The notes under the pieces are model-generated. The model did not search any database. It was given only the letters and a program-made list of their open reading frames with translations, and was not told the origin of the DNA. A DNA stretch of 64,000 nucleotides, from positions 1 to 64,000 of IMG/VR virus record IMGVR_UViG_3300030376_006203. One strand, 5' to 3'. Positions 1 through 8,881 of the stretch are shown here, in pieces; positions within the stretch are counted from its first letter, which is position 1; each line of letters starts with the position of its first letter. This DNA is from a virus (lineage: Duplodnaviria > Caudoviricetes). Made by a program: the position numbers and the translations under genes.

Positions 1-7
1 ATGTATT

Positions 8-583
8 ATGAAAAAGAAACTTGTATTTGATTACTTTCCGTTATTGAGATCCAGTTATGACGCAAATGAATTGGTGACTGAAGGCATTTTAAAAGATGAA
101 TTAAATGTGTATTGGAACAAACACAATATATTCAAAGATATACAATCCAGTAAAGAAACTGCCGAGCACGGTTTTATCAAACGCACAGTAGATATTGAAC
201 TGCTAGATGAAAACAAATTATTATTAGACAACACTCAAACTTGGCACAACGAAGAAAGCATCAAGTTAAATGCTGAAATTAATTTGAACCGTAAAGAAAA
301 AGATGTATGGAATTTACAGTTCCTTTATAATCTAACCACTACAAACAATGATGATTATCAAAGTTTCAATGAAAAATTTGGCATATTAGATGAAATGTTT
401 CATTTTAAATTAAATGGAGAGGCACTGTTAGTGAATGAAAAAGTTGAAGGCGGTAGAAGAATTTTTGCTGAAAAAGAATTTTTATATACAGGTATGCATC
501 CAATAATGTTTGAACTTGAAGAATACGGCACAGGTCTCGCACCAGACAGTAGATTTATACAGATTGTGAGGTTTACAATATGA
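8..583 (+). CDS. hypothetical protein
   Basis: 191 aa ORF, ATGA overlap with next gene; no motif recognised. Confidence 0.6.
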   Translation: MKKKLVFDYFPLLRSSYDANELVTEGILKDELNVYWNKHNIFKDIQSSKETAEHGFIKRTVDIELLDENKLLLDNTQTWHNEESIKLNAEINLNRKEKDVWNLQFLYNLTTTNNDDYQSFNEKFGILDEMFHFKLNGEALLVNEKVEGGRRIFAEKEFLYTGMHPIMFELEEYGTGLAPDSRFIQIVRFTI

Positions 584-1134
584 AATTAGCAATCACTGGA
601 CACACATCACCAATGGGTAAAGAAGTGTATGAACACTATAAAAAAACACATGATTGTTTAGGCATAAGCAGAGCAACGGGATATGATTTAAACAAACAAG
701 AAGATCAAGACAGATTAGTATCAGAAGTATTGGCTAGAGACATATTTTTAAATATTGCTCATGTAGGAGCAATGCAGTCTACTCTATTGATAAAATTAAA
801 GCAACGTTGGTCACCTGAGGCTCCTCTTAAAAAAGTAATCACAGTTGGTTCTTTAGCAACCAAAGTTCCAAAAAAATTATTAGATCAAGTAGGAATAGAT
901 CAACAATATCTAAAAGACAAACATCATATAGATGCCGTTAATAATTCTTTAGCAAATGAAATGCCATTTGGTTCACAATTACAATTCAGTAATGTAAGAG
1001 TTTTAAACTTTGGCGAAAAGACTGGTGAACGAACTGGAGAGCCTACCTGTTCTGGAAAAGACATTATTCGTACAATTGATTATTTGATTGAAGAACCTAT
1101 GTATGTGTCTCAATTGGATGTTAGACGCTTTTAA
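580..1134 (+). CDS. short-chain dehydrogenase/reductase (SDR)-like protein
   Basis: N-terminal ITGHTSPMG Rossmann motif, ITVGS, YLKDK (YxxxK). Confidence 0.75.
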   Translation: MKLAITGHTSPMGKEVYEHYKKTHDCLGISRATGYDLNKQEDQDRLVSEVLARDIFLNIAHVGAMQSTLLIKLKQRWSPEAPLKKVITVGSLATKVPKKLLDQVGIDQQYLKDKHHIDAVNNSLANEMPFGSQLQFSNVRVLNFGEKTGERTGEPTCSGKDIIRTIDYLIEEPMYVSQLDVRRF

Positions 1135-1757
1135 AATATAAAATCTTTAAAAAGAACTAGTGCGTCCTCAAACTGTATGTGCTTATTATCCTCAATAGTC
1201 AGTAAATGATAACTTAAAGTCCAACGTGGCTCACTGGTATTAAAGTTGTGAGTTGAATGGAATTGTCCCACATTAAGTAAACTTGGATGTTTTATAACTG
1301 CTTCATGTACAACATCACAATCTTCTACTTCTGCATGATAAAATTTATCAACTGGAATGTCAACATCTATATCTTTAAAATATACTTCTTTGTGATATTG
1401 AGTGTTGTCTTGTTCAACTTGTATAAGTGATTCATCTTTTACTTTGTACCATCTCACAATGCTGTCTTGTGGTCCCCATGTAAAATTAATATTAGAAGAA
1501 TTGTCTAATGTAGGAGCGTCATTGTGCATTGGTAAACCACCGCCGTTAGGTCCATTATAAAATGCTTCACAAACATTTGAAGGTTTAAGTCCAAACTGCT
1601 TTAGCCAGTCAACAAACTTTTCATCCCAATGCTCTCTTGTAGCACACCATTCATGCCAGTTTTCGCCACGCATATTTTCAGGCTTTGCTTTGAAACAATC
1701 TGGAAACCTATGCTCAAACGGCAATTTTACATAACGGTGGTATATGTTTTTATTCAT
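1131..1757 (-). CDS. putative 2OG-Fe(II)/cupin-fold dioxygenase
   Basis: PMHND...FHST...R pattern (HxD..H triad); paralogue of next gene. Confidence 0.55.
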   Translation of the reverse strand: MNKNIYHRYVKLPFEHRFPDCFKAKPENMRGENWHEWCATREHWDEKFVDWLKQFGLKPSNVCEAFYNGPNGGGLPMHNDAPTLDNSSNINFTWGPQDSIVRWYKVKDESLIQVEQDNTQYHKEVYFKDIDVDIPVDKFYHAEVEDCDVVHEAVIKHPSLLNVGQFHSTHNFNTSEPRWTLSYHLLTIEDNKHIQFEDALVLFKDFIF

Positions 1758-2361
1758 ATGATACTTCCTTGAATATATTTAATGCTTGATCAAACTGTAA
1801 ATGTGTATAATCCTTATTAAGTAAAAAATAACACAATGACCAACGACCTTGTGTGGCATCAGGATTGTATGTAGAATGAAGTTGCCCAACGTTAATCAAA
1901 CTGGGTTGGTTAATAACTTTTTCACACACCATATCGCAATCTTGTTCACTTTCACAAATTAATTCACTGTGTTTGTTATTGTTATCAAAATGATCCACAA
2001 TGTCTGGATTGACAACTTCTGTAATGTGCGAACTGTCTGTGATATCTGTTTTAAATAATGATTCATCTTTTATCTTCCACCATCTTGTGGTACTGGTGTT
2101 AGGTCCCCACGTAAAGTTAATCTTTGTAGCATTAGTAATAGTGCTTGTATCATTGTGTATGTGCACCTTTCCTTTGTTAGGTGGTGTATAGATACCTTCA
2201 GTTACATTGGATACAATTACATCAAATGATTCAATCCAATCAATTACTGATTGATCTAGATCCTTTTTAGGAACAAATATAACTTCCGACTGAGATGGTT
2301 CATGTGAAAAGCAACTTGGCTTTCTATGTTCTACAGGGACTTTGACATAACGATGATACAT
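1750..2361 (-). CDS. putative 2OG-Fe(II)/cupin-fold dioxygenase (paralogue)
   Basis: IHND...LHST...R; shares YHRYVK, INFTWGP, PSLxNVGQxHST with 1131..1757. Confidence 0.55.
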   Translation of the reverse strand: MYHRYVKVPVEHRKPSCFSHEPSQSEVIFVPKKDLDQSVIDWIESFDVIVSNVTEGIYTPPNKGKVHIHNDTSTITNATKINFTWGPNTSTTRWWKIKDESLFKTDITDSSHITEVVNPDIVDHFDNNNKHSELICESEQDCDMVCEKVINQPSLINVGQLHSTYNPDATQGRWSLCYFLLNKDYTHLQFDQALNIFKEVSYE

Positions 2362-2362
2362 T

Positions 2363-3169
2363 TTAATAGTTAGACAAATGATCTATACCTATCTGCTTTC
2401 TGAACTTGTCTGTGAACACACAGTCAATTCGTAAGCCATATTCTTGTTCGTTGCTGACATCACCACCATGCCAATCTTGATCATTCCAAAATGCCGCATT
2501 GGCATTGATGTATGTTTTGTTTTTTGCTTCAGGATCCCATATGTAGAATCCTCTTTTTGTGCTGTATCTTATGTGTATGAATTCATTCTTGTGATCAGTG
2601 TATCCTTGATTGTCTCCATGTTTGCCATCAAGGTCTCTATGTTCAAATGGTTTGCCATCGTGTTCACAATGAAAGAATATCACTCTGCCTATGCTTTCTA
2701 TGATGCCCGTGTTTACTAATTCTTTTATCCAAGCAACAACTCCTGGAAAATATTTTGCTTCTTCTGTGATGTTACGTTCAGCATTTCTTTGATCCCAATC
2801 TCCTTCTTCCCAAAGGAAATAATAAATGTAAGGATCATTTGCTCCTAACACTGACTTTAAATATCTTGTGAATTGATTGCGTGTCTTGTAATCTTTTATA
2901 TTTGCGTACAAGTCGTCGCCATTTTTTCTGATTGGATCACTTTCTGGTAGTGCTTTATATTCTTCCAAAGCCATGTAAATTGGTTTCCAATTTAATTGGT
3001 AACTCATATCTTTTGGATCAAAACCTGGCGACATCCAAGTGCCTTCTTTGGCATATTCTCTTGCCAAAGCAAACCCTCTACATATTTCTGGATGTAAATT
3101 TTTAAATCCTTTTATGTCTATGTGTTCGTCTAAACCAATATATGGGCGACCGCCAATTCCTCTAATCAT
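2363..3169 (-). CDS. putative Fe(II) dioxygenase (HxD...H)
   Basis: EHRD...WHGG...LRID; ATG at 3169 chosen over TTG at 3172. Confidence 0.5.
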   Translation of the reverse strand: MIRGIGGRPYIGLDEHIDIKGFKNLHPEICRGFALAREYAKEGTWMSPGFDPKDMSYQLNWKPIYMALEEYKALPESDPIRKNGDDLYANIKDYKTRNQFTRYLKSVLGANDPYIYYFLWEEGDWDQRNAERNITEEAKYFPGVVAWIKELVNTGIIESIGRVIFFHCEHDGKPFEHRDLDGKHGDNQGYTDHKNEFIHIRYSTKRGFYIWDPEAKNKTYINANAAFWNDQDWHGGDVSNEQEYGLRIDCVFTDKFRKQIGIDHLSNY

Positions 3170-3174
3170 CAAAG

Positions 3175-3191
3175 TATTTACTGTTTAAATA
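3175..3191. promoter_or_regulatory. back-to-back divergent late-type promoters (TAAATAC on both strands)
   Basis: TATTTA at 3175-3180 (- strand TAAATA, 5 nt before ATG 3169) and TAAATA at 3186-3191 (10 nt before ATG 3202). Confidence 0.6.
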
Positions 3192-3201
3192 CAAGTATAT
3201 T

Positions 3202-3774
3202 ATGGCTTTTGAATTGGTACCATATTCGGATAAATTTGACCTAACAGAATTCTACGACACTGCCAAACAAAAAGGATTTGTCAACAACAGTTCTAAAAAA
3301 ATGTTGATAGACTCTTTGTCTAAAGAAGACAGATGGCAAGTTTGGTTATTGTGTTGGAAAGGAAAAGTTATTGGGTCAACTGCGGCTCATTCATTTCCTG
3401 AAATGGGTCCTGACAGTTATCGTATTGCTTGTAGAATTTGTACATTCACAGATGCTTTACCTAAAGAATATCAAATGGTGCGTACAAGAGATACTATCAG
3501 AAATCATCAAACAACAACACAACAATTTTTCCAACCAGCAGGTATAATGTGGGCAGGGTTTAATAAAAATTATTATGTAACGACCAATGAAAACGCAGAA
3601 GGCACACAAAGACTAGTTCATTCTATTGTGGCACCTACGTTGGAAAGTACCGGAGTTTATACAAAAATTACTGAAATGGATTACAGAGGTACACGTCAAA
3701 CTGTGTGGCGTGTGAATGCTGATATCTACTTTGAACAAATGAAACACGTCAAGGCGTGGCCCTTTATAAAATGA
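3202..3774 (+). CDS. GNAT-like acyltransferase-fold protein (tentative)
   Basis: WLLCWKGKVIGSTAAH..YRIACR strand pattern resembles GNAT; CoA-binding motif not clear. Confidence 0.35.
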   Translation: MAFELVPYSDKFDLTEFYDTAKQKGFVNNSSKKMLIDSLSKEDRWQVWLLCWKGKVIGSTAAHSFPEMGPDSYRIACRICTFTDALPKEYQMVRTRDTIRNHQTTTQQFFQPAGIMWAGFNKNYYVTTNENAEGTQRLVHSIVAPTLESTGVYTKITEMDYRGTRQTVWRVNADIYFEQMKHVKAWPFIK

Positions 3775-4448
3775 AATACTATTATAACAATGTACCTGGC
3801 AAAGGCTTATGTAGAAACAATTTAATCTACACCAGTCTTATTAATGAAGATAAGACAGAATTTTGTATGTGGTTCAACAATGATACGGACTATCACAAAG
3901 GACAAAATGAAGTGGTAGATCCTGCTTTAATGGATATGAAGTTTAGAAGAGAAAAGGACTTCTTATTATTATTAGATGTTGACCATAAAGAAATAATACC
4001 TAACATAACAAGAATTGATTCTGAAGAGAAAAAAATTTATTTTGAAATACAAGGAGATGATTTTTGGGAACAGAGCCATGGCAAAAAGTTTGATGATGTT
4101 GTGCCTAGATGGCAAGAAGAAATGTTGTATATGTTAGAAACACACAAAAAATTAGGCATCTACAAATACAGTCTACACCCTAGCAGTTATTGGGTAATTG
4201 ATGGTGAATTAAGAAATGTAAATTACTTTTTTGCGTATAGAGAAGATGAAACACCTATCACAGTGCAGGAGCATTTAAGCCATATATCCAAAGAGCGACA
4301 AAAAGAATTAATGCCTAAAATGAAAAAAATGAGAATTAAAGCCACTAAAAGTTATTCATTTCACAAGTTACAAATACTATGCCTAGAAAGTTTTAGAAAT
4401 GTTTATCCGGACAGTTTCATAGATAAGGCAATTTCCATTTATAAGTAA
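3771..4448 (+). CDS. kinase-like fold protein with degenerate catalytic motifs
   Basis: REKDFL..IPNI..IYFE..HKKLGIYKYSLHPSS..NYFF order mirrors RIO/Kdo kinases; ATG 3771 overlaps the upstream stop (ATAA/ATG junction region). Confidence 0.35.
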   Translation: MKYYYNNVPGKGLCRNNLIYTSLINEDKTEFCMWFNNDTDYHKGQNEVVDPALMDMKFRREKDFLLLLDVDHKEIIPNITRIDSEEKKIYFEIQGDDFWEQSHGKKFDDVVPRWQEEMLYMLETHKKLGIYKYSLHPSSYWVIDGELRNVNYFFAYREDETPITVQEHLSHISKERQKELMPKMKKMRIKATKSYSFHKLQILCLESFRNVYPDSFIDKAISIYK

Positions 4449-4452
4449 TACT

Positions 4453-5595
4453 ATGCAGGATACAAAAACAACCAGTCTATGTGAAATATGTTACCGTCAT
4501 TGCGAAGCAGAGCGAATTACAAAGCCTGATGGAATACATTTAATCAAACATTGTCCCGAGCATGGCACTAGTGATTATCTAGTGGAAGTTGATAAAGAAT
4601 TTTATGATAATTTAGTATATGATAAAACAGGATATTCTATACCGCAAGGTATAATGATAGAAGTAACTGATAAATGTAATTTAAATTGTCCACATTGTTA
4701 CCATCAACCTGATAACAAAACAGTTGATAAACCAATAGAACAAATACTATGGCAAATAGAAAACAGATTTAATCCAGATGCTGGTGCAGTAATTTTAGCA
4801 GGAGCAGAACCAACAGTGCGTAAAGACTTACCAGAACTTATAAAACAAATCAAACAATTACTTAAAAAACTAGGAAGACCAGAAGATGTGTGTATTCTTA
4901 CAAATGGTGTAAAACTTTCTGATAGGAAATGGGTAAAACAAATTGCTGACGCAGGCACAAACATGGTTATGATAGGAATGAATCATCACTCTTATCAAGG
5001 TATGAAAGTCCATCAAAAACAATTAAAAGGAATTGATAATTGTATTGCTGAAGGTGTATTTGTTTATTATGTTGGCTACACACTAGAACACGTGGATCAT
5101 ATGGAAGAAGTATTAGAAGAGATACAGGCTTTAGGAAACAAAGCATGGCAATACAGAATAAGAGCAGGATCAGACATTGGTAGATCACCAGATGAACCTC
5201 AATTCTTTTTGAGTAGGCACGTTGCTAAAATAAAAGAAATTTGCGATCGCAAAGGTTGGACTTGGGAAAAGAAACCTGCAGATGATAATTTATATCATTA
5301 CATGGTTAACATAAATGGAATACCACACAGAATTATACAATGGAGCGATCCTAAAACAATAGATATGGAACAATTACAGTGTGGTCCATGGTGCGACTTT
5401 GTGCCAGGCAAACCTGTGACTAATTTCCTACATCAAATTATGTTGCGTGATGCTGTGGTCAATGAAGGCAAAAGTTTACACGATACAGTGTCTACTCAAT
5501 ACACATTCCAACCAGAAAATGTAGATTATGAAATCACAGAATGGACTTGGAAAAGTTGGGACGAATCAAAAGTAAAACAAAAAAAATCTATTTAG
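4453..5595 (+). CDS. radical SAM protein with N-terminal CxxC...CxxHG extension
   Basis: CNLNCPHC (CxxxCxxC), GAEPT, LTNG; N-term TTSLCEIC...HCPEHG. Confidence 0.9.
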   Translation: MQDTKTTSLCEICYRHCEAERITKPDGIHLIKHCPEHGTSDYLVEVDKEFYDNLVYDKTGYSIPQGIMIEVTDKCNLNCPHCYHQPDNKTVDKPIEQILWQIENRFNPDAGAVILAGAEPTVRKDLPELIKQIKQLLKKLGRPEDVCILTNGVKLSDRKWVKQIADAGTNMVMIGMNHHSYQGMKVHQKQLKGIDNCIAEGVFVYYVGYTLEHVDHMEEVLEEIQALGNKAWQYRIRAGSDIGRSPDEPQFFLSRHVAKIKEICDRKGWTWEKKPADDNLYHYMVNINGIPHRIIQWSDPKTIDMEQLQCGPWCDFVPGKPVTNFLHQIMLRDAVVNEGKSLHDTVSTQYTFQPENVDYEITEWTWKSWDESKVKQKKSI

Positions 5596-6178
5596 GTTTA
5601 TAATTTAATTGTGTGGCATCAATTGTAACACTTTGAAAATACATTGTTTCACAAAATAACATCTTAATAATCCACTTGGAGAGTTCTTTAGGATCAATTT
5701 TATTGCCTTCTATGTACTCGCTGATTTGTGTATCTGTACATCCTAATATAACATTTAGTATATGTGGACCATACGTATTGATACGATTTTCTATTATTTT
5801 ATTTTGCTCTTTTTTGGCATTGCCATATTTTTCCATAAAGTCAGTTGCGTCCGATTCGTTGTAACAGGATTTAGAACTTAAATTTAAAATTTTTTTATCC
5901 TTATTACCTTCCCACGTTTGAATAATTGCTTTAAGTATTTCAGTTTGTCCGTCAAACTGTTCAGGTTCTGTCATTGGTAAATCGCCATCGGGCCAAGCAC
6001 AATTAATGAATACATCTGCTTGTTTGGATTCTTTTATTATAACTTCTCTTGCTTGTTTGGTGCTTATATCAAAGCCATTACTTCTTGAATAACCAACAAC
6101 GTTATGACCTTCCGCAACTAGGTCATCATATAAACACTTGCCTATGCCTTTTGTGTGTCCAGTTATTCGGACTATCAT
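5588..6178 (-). CDS. short-chain dehydrogenase/reductase (SDR)
   Basis: ITGHTKGIG, FINCA, LNLSS, YGNAK. Confidence 0.8.
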   Translation of the reverse strand: MIVRITGHTKGIGKCLYDDLVAEGHNVVGYSRSNGFDISTKQAREVIIKESKQADVFINCAWPDGDLPMTEPEQFDGQTEILKAIIQTWEGNKDKKILNLSSKSCYNESDATDFMEKYGNAKKEQNKIIENRINTYGPHILNVILGCTDTQISEYIEGNKIDPKELSKWIIKMLFCETMYFQSVTIDATQLNYKPK

Positions 6179-6182
6179 TGGA

Positions 6183-7283
6183 TTATATTAGGTTAGCCCA
6201 ACCGCCGTTTTCGTAACCTTGGAATTTGTTATCGTCTGAATTGTATATAACCATACCGTTTGCGGCTGAAAGAGCATTTCTTTCAGCAGTCGTTAATGAA
6301 CCAAACTGTACAAAGCCTGATGTTTTAACGTTACCGACAACATCTAATTTTTCTGTTGGAGTTAAAGTGTTTACACCTAAGTTACCGTCTTTGTTGATTG
6401 TAACTGTGTAATTTGTTACACCGTTATCTGGAGTTGTACCCATAACAATGTTTCCTGGAACAGCACCAGCACCGACAGTTGCTTGTGAATCAACACCTGC
6501 TACAATAAAACTTGATTGTGTGTATGCTGAACCATCATAACCATAATGTATGTAACCAAACAATGAATCATCTGCTACACTTACAGTTGGAGTTACAATT
6601 GAACCTCTTGATGCGTATGCTTCAATTGAGTTGAATGTGTTGGCATTACCGGCATCTGAATAAACTCTTAAAGCATTTCTGGCTGTGTGATCTGTGTTGT
6701 ATATTTCTAAACCAACACCTTGAACTGAACTGTTTGTACCTATTTGAATTCCATTACCTGATAAAAGATTAATAACACTGCCATCAAAGTCTAATACACT
6801 GTTTGAAATTCTGTCTGAAGCACCATCAATTCTTACTGAGTTGTCATCAGCATTTACAGTACCTTTGTGAGTACCTGTTGAATTACCTGTTAAATCACCT
6901 GTTACATTTCCTGTAACATTACCTGTTAGGTCGGCTGTAACTGTGCCTGAACCAACATTAACAACTACTGTGGAATCTCCACTTACAATGTTACCATTAA
7001 TTGATACTGCGTCTATGTGTGAAGCATCTATAGTTTGGAAAAAACCTGTTCTCCAATTAGCACTGCTTGTTCCTATATCTCTTGTGTTAGATGCATCTGG
7101 AGTAAAATCACTAGCCACTGATAGATATTGTGCTGATAGTGTTGTGTCTACCTGTACACCGCCTACAGTAGAACCGTCTCCTACGAATAATTTCTTTGTA
7201 TCTGTTGTGAATATAAGTTCACCTGCTAAAGGTGTTATTCCACCTCTCTCTGCGTCTGTTCCACGTCTTATTTGTAATGCCAT
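6183..7283 (-). CDS. tail fibre / virion structural protein
   Basis: N-term LQIRRGT..GELIFTTDTKKLFVGDG (Mtd_N/hyaluronidase-like anchor), GNVTG repeats, G/T/S/N-rich. Confidence 0.8.
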   Translation of the reverse strand: MALQIRRGTDAERGGITPLAGELIFTTDTKKLFVGDGSTVGGVQVDTTLSAQYLSVASDFTPDASNTRDIGTSSANWRTGFFQTIDASHIDAVSINGNIVSGDSTVVVNVGSGTVTADLTGNVTGNVTGDLTGNSTGTHKGTVNADDNSVRIDGASDRISNSVLDFDGSVINLLSGNGIQIGTNSSVQGVGLEIYNTDHTARNALRVYSDAGNANTFNSIEAYASRGSIVTPTVSVADDSLFGYIHYGYDGSAYTQSSFIVAGVDSQATVGAGAVPGNIVMGTTPDNGVTNYTVTINKDGNLGVNTLTPTEKLDVVGNVKTSGFVQFGSLTTAERNALSAANGMVIYNSDDNKFQGYENGGWANLI

Positions 7284-7314
7284 TTGTTATATGCTCCTAA
7301 CGTATAATATAGTG

Positions 7315-7320
7315 TATTTA
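7315..7320 (-). promoter_or_regulatory. late-type promoter TAAATA
   Basis: GAATAAATAC upstream of tail-fibre gene, followed by AGGAG SD. Confidence 0.55.
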
Positions 7321-7346
7321 TTCCGCTTTCAAGATTGACGGAGTTA

Positions 7347-7676
7347 CTATTTCCGCTTTTTTAGGAAGGTTTTTGTGCGTTTAGTAATATCTGCTTTTAC
7401 CTTGTTGGTATCTATCCTAAAATCGACGTTTTTGATACTATTTCCATAGTGTTCAAACAAATCCTTAATGCTTTTTTCTAGTTCTTTATTGGTCAATTTT
7501 TGACGGTTCTTTTTGACTCTGATTTCCCAATTCTTACCGTCCCTAAATTCAACCTTAATGGACAGCAAGTATTCAATTGGTATAGACTCTATTTTAAGGT
7601 CTTTGAATACTTCGGGCCAGTGTGCAACCACTTCCTTAGGCAACGTCTTTTTACGAAACTTAACCACTCCAGACAC
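7347..7676 (-). CDS. hypothetical basic protein
   Basis: 109 aa ORF in operon, no motif. Confidence 0.6.
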   Translation of the reverse strand: MSGVVKFRKKTLPKEVVAHWPEVFKDLKIESIPIEYLLSIKVEFRDGKNWEIRVKKNRQKLTNKELEKSIKDLFEHYGNSIKNVDFRIDTNKVKADITKRTKTFLKKRK

Positions 7677-7682
7677 TATGCT

Positions 7683-8246
7683 CTACTTAGACTTTTTCTT
7701 TGTTGGCGATAAATCTTCCGCTTCAGCACGTAATCTTTTCGCTTCTTTGTACATACGATCAGCATCACTTCTCAATTGAGCCGCTAATTGTTCGTCTGTT
7801 AAAGGTGCTTCTTTTGCCGCTGAAGATATATCTGATGAAGCAACAACTGTCGTTTCGTTATTACCTTTCACTGCTAAATCTTCTACTTTAACACCTTTTT
7901 GTTCAGCGATGATTTTGTTTAATTCATCTAACTGAATAGAAGTGCTTGGATTAGGAGTCATGTCAACAGAATCTGTTGATACTTTTCTCATAAATCCACC
8001 TGTATGAAATTTGTTTAACATGAACTGACTATCTGGAGCCATTGTTCTTTGTAAAACTTCATATAGTTCAAAAGACGTTTGTGCTTCATTGCTTTCAATT
8101 GTCTGCATTAAAGCATCATGATCTAATGGATCAAGTTTTGCTGTCTCTATTACTACTGCTGATTTAGAATCACCTGGTAGTGTTCTATATGGAACGACAA
8201 CTTTTGTTCCATCTTTTAATTTACCTACGTGTTTCATGTCGGCCAT
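7683..8246 (-). CDS. hypothetical protein with C-terminal coiled coil
   Basis: 187 aa ORF, TAATG coupling. Confidence 0.65.
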   Translation of the reverse strand: MADMKHVGKLKDGTKVVVPYRTLPGDSKSAVVIETAKLDPLDHDALMQTIESNEAQTSFELYEVLQRTMAPDSQFMLNKFHTGGFMRKVSTDSVDMTPNPSTSIQLDELNKIIAEQKGVKVEDLAVKGNNETTVVASSDISSAAKEAPLTDEQLAAQLRSDADRMYKEAKRLRAEAEDLSPTKKKSK

Positions 8247-8557
8247 TATTTTGCCTCCGCTGGTTTATCACCTTCTGGTGCTTTTGCTTGATTGGCATCT
8301 TTCTGAGATTGTTCAACAATCTTTAAAAATGCTTCTAGTTTATTATAAGTCGCACCCACCATTGCCATTTCATTGGCTTTGAATGCTCCTCTTTGACTTG
8401 CCACGTCCATAATTTGTTTAATGACGTTTAAGTCTTGAACAGTTAACTCTGCTCCAGCACCTGCTTGAGTCTTTGGTGCCGCACCTGCTCCATCTTTTCC
8501 AACAACTTGTTCAGGTGTCGGAGTAGTGGCAGTTTTTGTTTGGTTTGTATCTGTCAT
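8246..8557 (-). CDS. hypothetical protein
   Basis: 103 aa ORF, AAGGAG SD, TAAATA at 8591-8596. Confidence 0.7.
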   Translation of the reverse strand: MTDTNQTKTATTPTPEQVVGKDGAGAAPKTQAGAGAELTVQDLNVIKQIMDVASQRGAFKANEMAMVGATYNKLEAFLKIVEQSQKDANQAKAPEGDKPAEAK

Positions 8558-8593
8558 TTTAAAATGCTCCTTTATTATTGTATACAGAAGTAT

Positions 8594-8881
8594 TTAATGA
8601 CGTTTAATGAATGGGCAACTAAGATTGAATATTGACAGTTCTTTTGGATTTTCAAATCCTACCAAAATCATATTTTGAATTTTTCCGTTTACATCTACAT
8701 CAAGATGTTTACCAATATAAAATCTACCTTTTAAGTTTTCCAAAATCCATTTTTCTAATAGTTCTTCGTTATCATTCCAATCATAATTTAATTTTAGGAA
8801 TTCTAATCCGTGAGGTTTTTTGGTAAACTGTCTACAGTTAAAATAATTTAAAGGATTTACTTGATTATTTTTGGAAAACAT
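8594..8881 (-). CDS. hypothetical protein
   Basis: 95 aa ORF coupled to upstream gene. Confidence 0.6.
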   Translation of the reverse strand: MFSKNNQVNPLNYFNCRQFTKKPHGLEFLKLNYDWNDNEELLEKWILENLKGRFYIGKHLDVDVNGKIQNMILVGFENPKELSIFNLSCPFIKRH

